From Squalus acanthias (taxonomy: Eukaryota): a stretch of DNA of 64,000 nucleotides. The stretch is from NCBI GenBank assembly GCA_030390025.1, contig CM059432.1, forward strand, positions 66,714,001-66,778,000, in the 5' to 3' direction. Made by a program: the position numbers and the translations under genes. The notes under the pieces are model-generated. The model had not been told where the DNA came from, made no database searches, and saw nothing but the letters and a program-made list of their open reading frames with translations. How positions within the stretch are numbered: the stretch's first letter is position 1; every line of letters begins with the position of its first letter. Below are positions 63,011 to 64,000 of this stretch, piece by piece.

Positions 63011-63459
63011 GATCTGCTCACAGCTGTCACTAAGTCATTCTCTTCAAGACATTGGAATACTTGCCCCTTGAGCTGACAGAGCATTTTAAATTCCATGGGT
63101 GAAGGCAGCCTTTCCAAGGCAAGTCTCCCAAAAGTTAGGCAAATTGGATGACCTTGGAAAATCTGCTGCAGTCAGTGGTGGGAACATGGGGCAGACAGAA
63201 GCTCACAACTGCTGCACTTCTGCCAATGGAATGGCAAGGCAAGACATCTAGGTACAAGCCAATCTGGAAAATGTATTAAACACCAGCAAGAGCGCCCTGG
63301 AGTACGGAGTTCAAATGTGGTTGCCATACTTACAAAGTGATATAGAGGCAGTAAGAAAGATTCAGAGTGTATGAAGCTTCTGGATTTTAGATTCTAGCTA
63401 CTAAAAAGGGAGCTAAGGGAGCTGAATTTATTCCAGTTGAAAAAGATGGAGGGGCAGGA

Positions 63460-63615
63460 ACATGGTAATGTGGCCGCTTAAATATTTCTTTTCCCCTCTA
63501 GGACCTTGGGTTGAGTCCAACATAGACTGATAGGATGAATAATTCTGCTGTCTGCTGGCTGTAAGGGAACCACCTTAACTGAGTTTGGGCGGTTGCAATC
63601 CCAACCCATTATTCC
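63460..63615 (+). mobile_element. Possible ancient LF-SINE-like fragment
   Basis: TTTCCCCTCTAGG..TCTGCTGGCTGT..TGAGTTTGGGCGGT resembles my recollection of the LF-SINE consensus. Confidence 0.4.
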
Positions 63616-64000
63616 TACATACTTATCCAGCTATTGCATGCTTGTTTCTGATTTTTCATTTTACTGGATCACTTTCAGTCAGTTTGCTGGCAACTCTGGT
63701 AATGATTATCATGGATTGGCAATGTTAGCTCTAATGGGATCATACAGATGTTAGTGTCTAACTTTGTTTAGTCCGTATTATAGTAGTTCCATCCAATAAC
63801 ATGACATCAGCACTCAATAGGTTCAATGCTGTGTTGCAAGTCAGCAGTGTAACCTAAACTAACTTGTAGCATGCAGTCCTGAGATCTCTTTCCATTAACT
63901 ATTTCCATACTGTTTGCTTCTGTGCCCATTTCTTTGGACAAAATGACAAAAATATTAGAGAACACCATTAGCCATAAAGAGTTGGGACTACTGGTCATTT

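Noticed and set aside
1..64000. CRISPR array, prokaryotic operon or defence system
   Set aside because: No regularly spaced repeat-spacer array; spliceosomal introns, LINEs and SINEs show vertebrate DNA.

Overview
Eukaryotic, repeat-saturated DNA, most likely from a shark or other cartilaginous fish (inferred from the CR1, V-SINE/HE1-like, Deu-SINE/SacSINE1-like and Penelope repeat types). I recognise no host protein-coding gene. The window is a nest of about 10 PIF/Harbinger DNA transposons from several families, each with a DDE transposase and a convergent, spliced Myb/SANT gene. They are interleaved with CR1 and L2 LINE fragments, solo LTRs, SINEs, a hAT MITE and two Penelope-type insertions carrying hammerhead ribozyme cores. 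The standout is a young 4.1-kb Harbinger family present twice (9021-13132 and 43678-47842). The transposase regions are about 98% identical by hand count, and each copy has 12-bp TIRs, an ATT target-site duplication and an independent insertion into a CR1 reverse-transcriptase region at TATTGT. The second copy has an open 386-aa transposase and a fully spliceable 3-exon, 458-aa Myb/SANT gene. Comparing the families suggests a conserved C-terminal AT-hook-like plus RRSxR module in the Myb protein and a CRE-to-TATA promoter with nearly fixed spacing. All coordinates were read by eye; boundaries of old elements are approximate.
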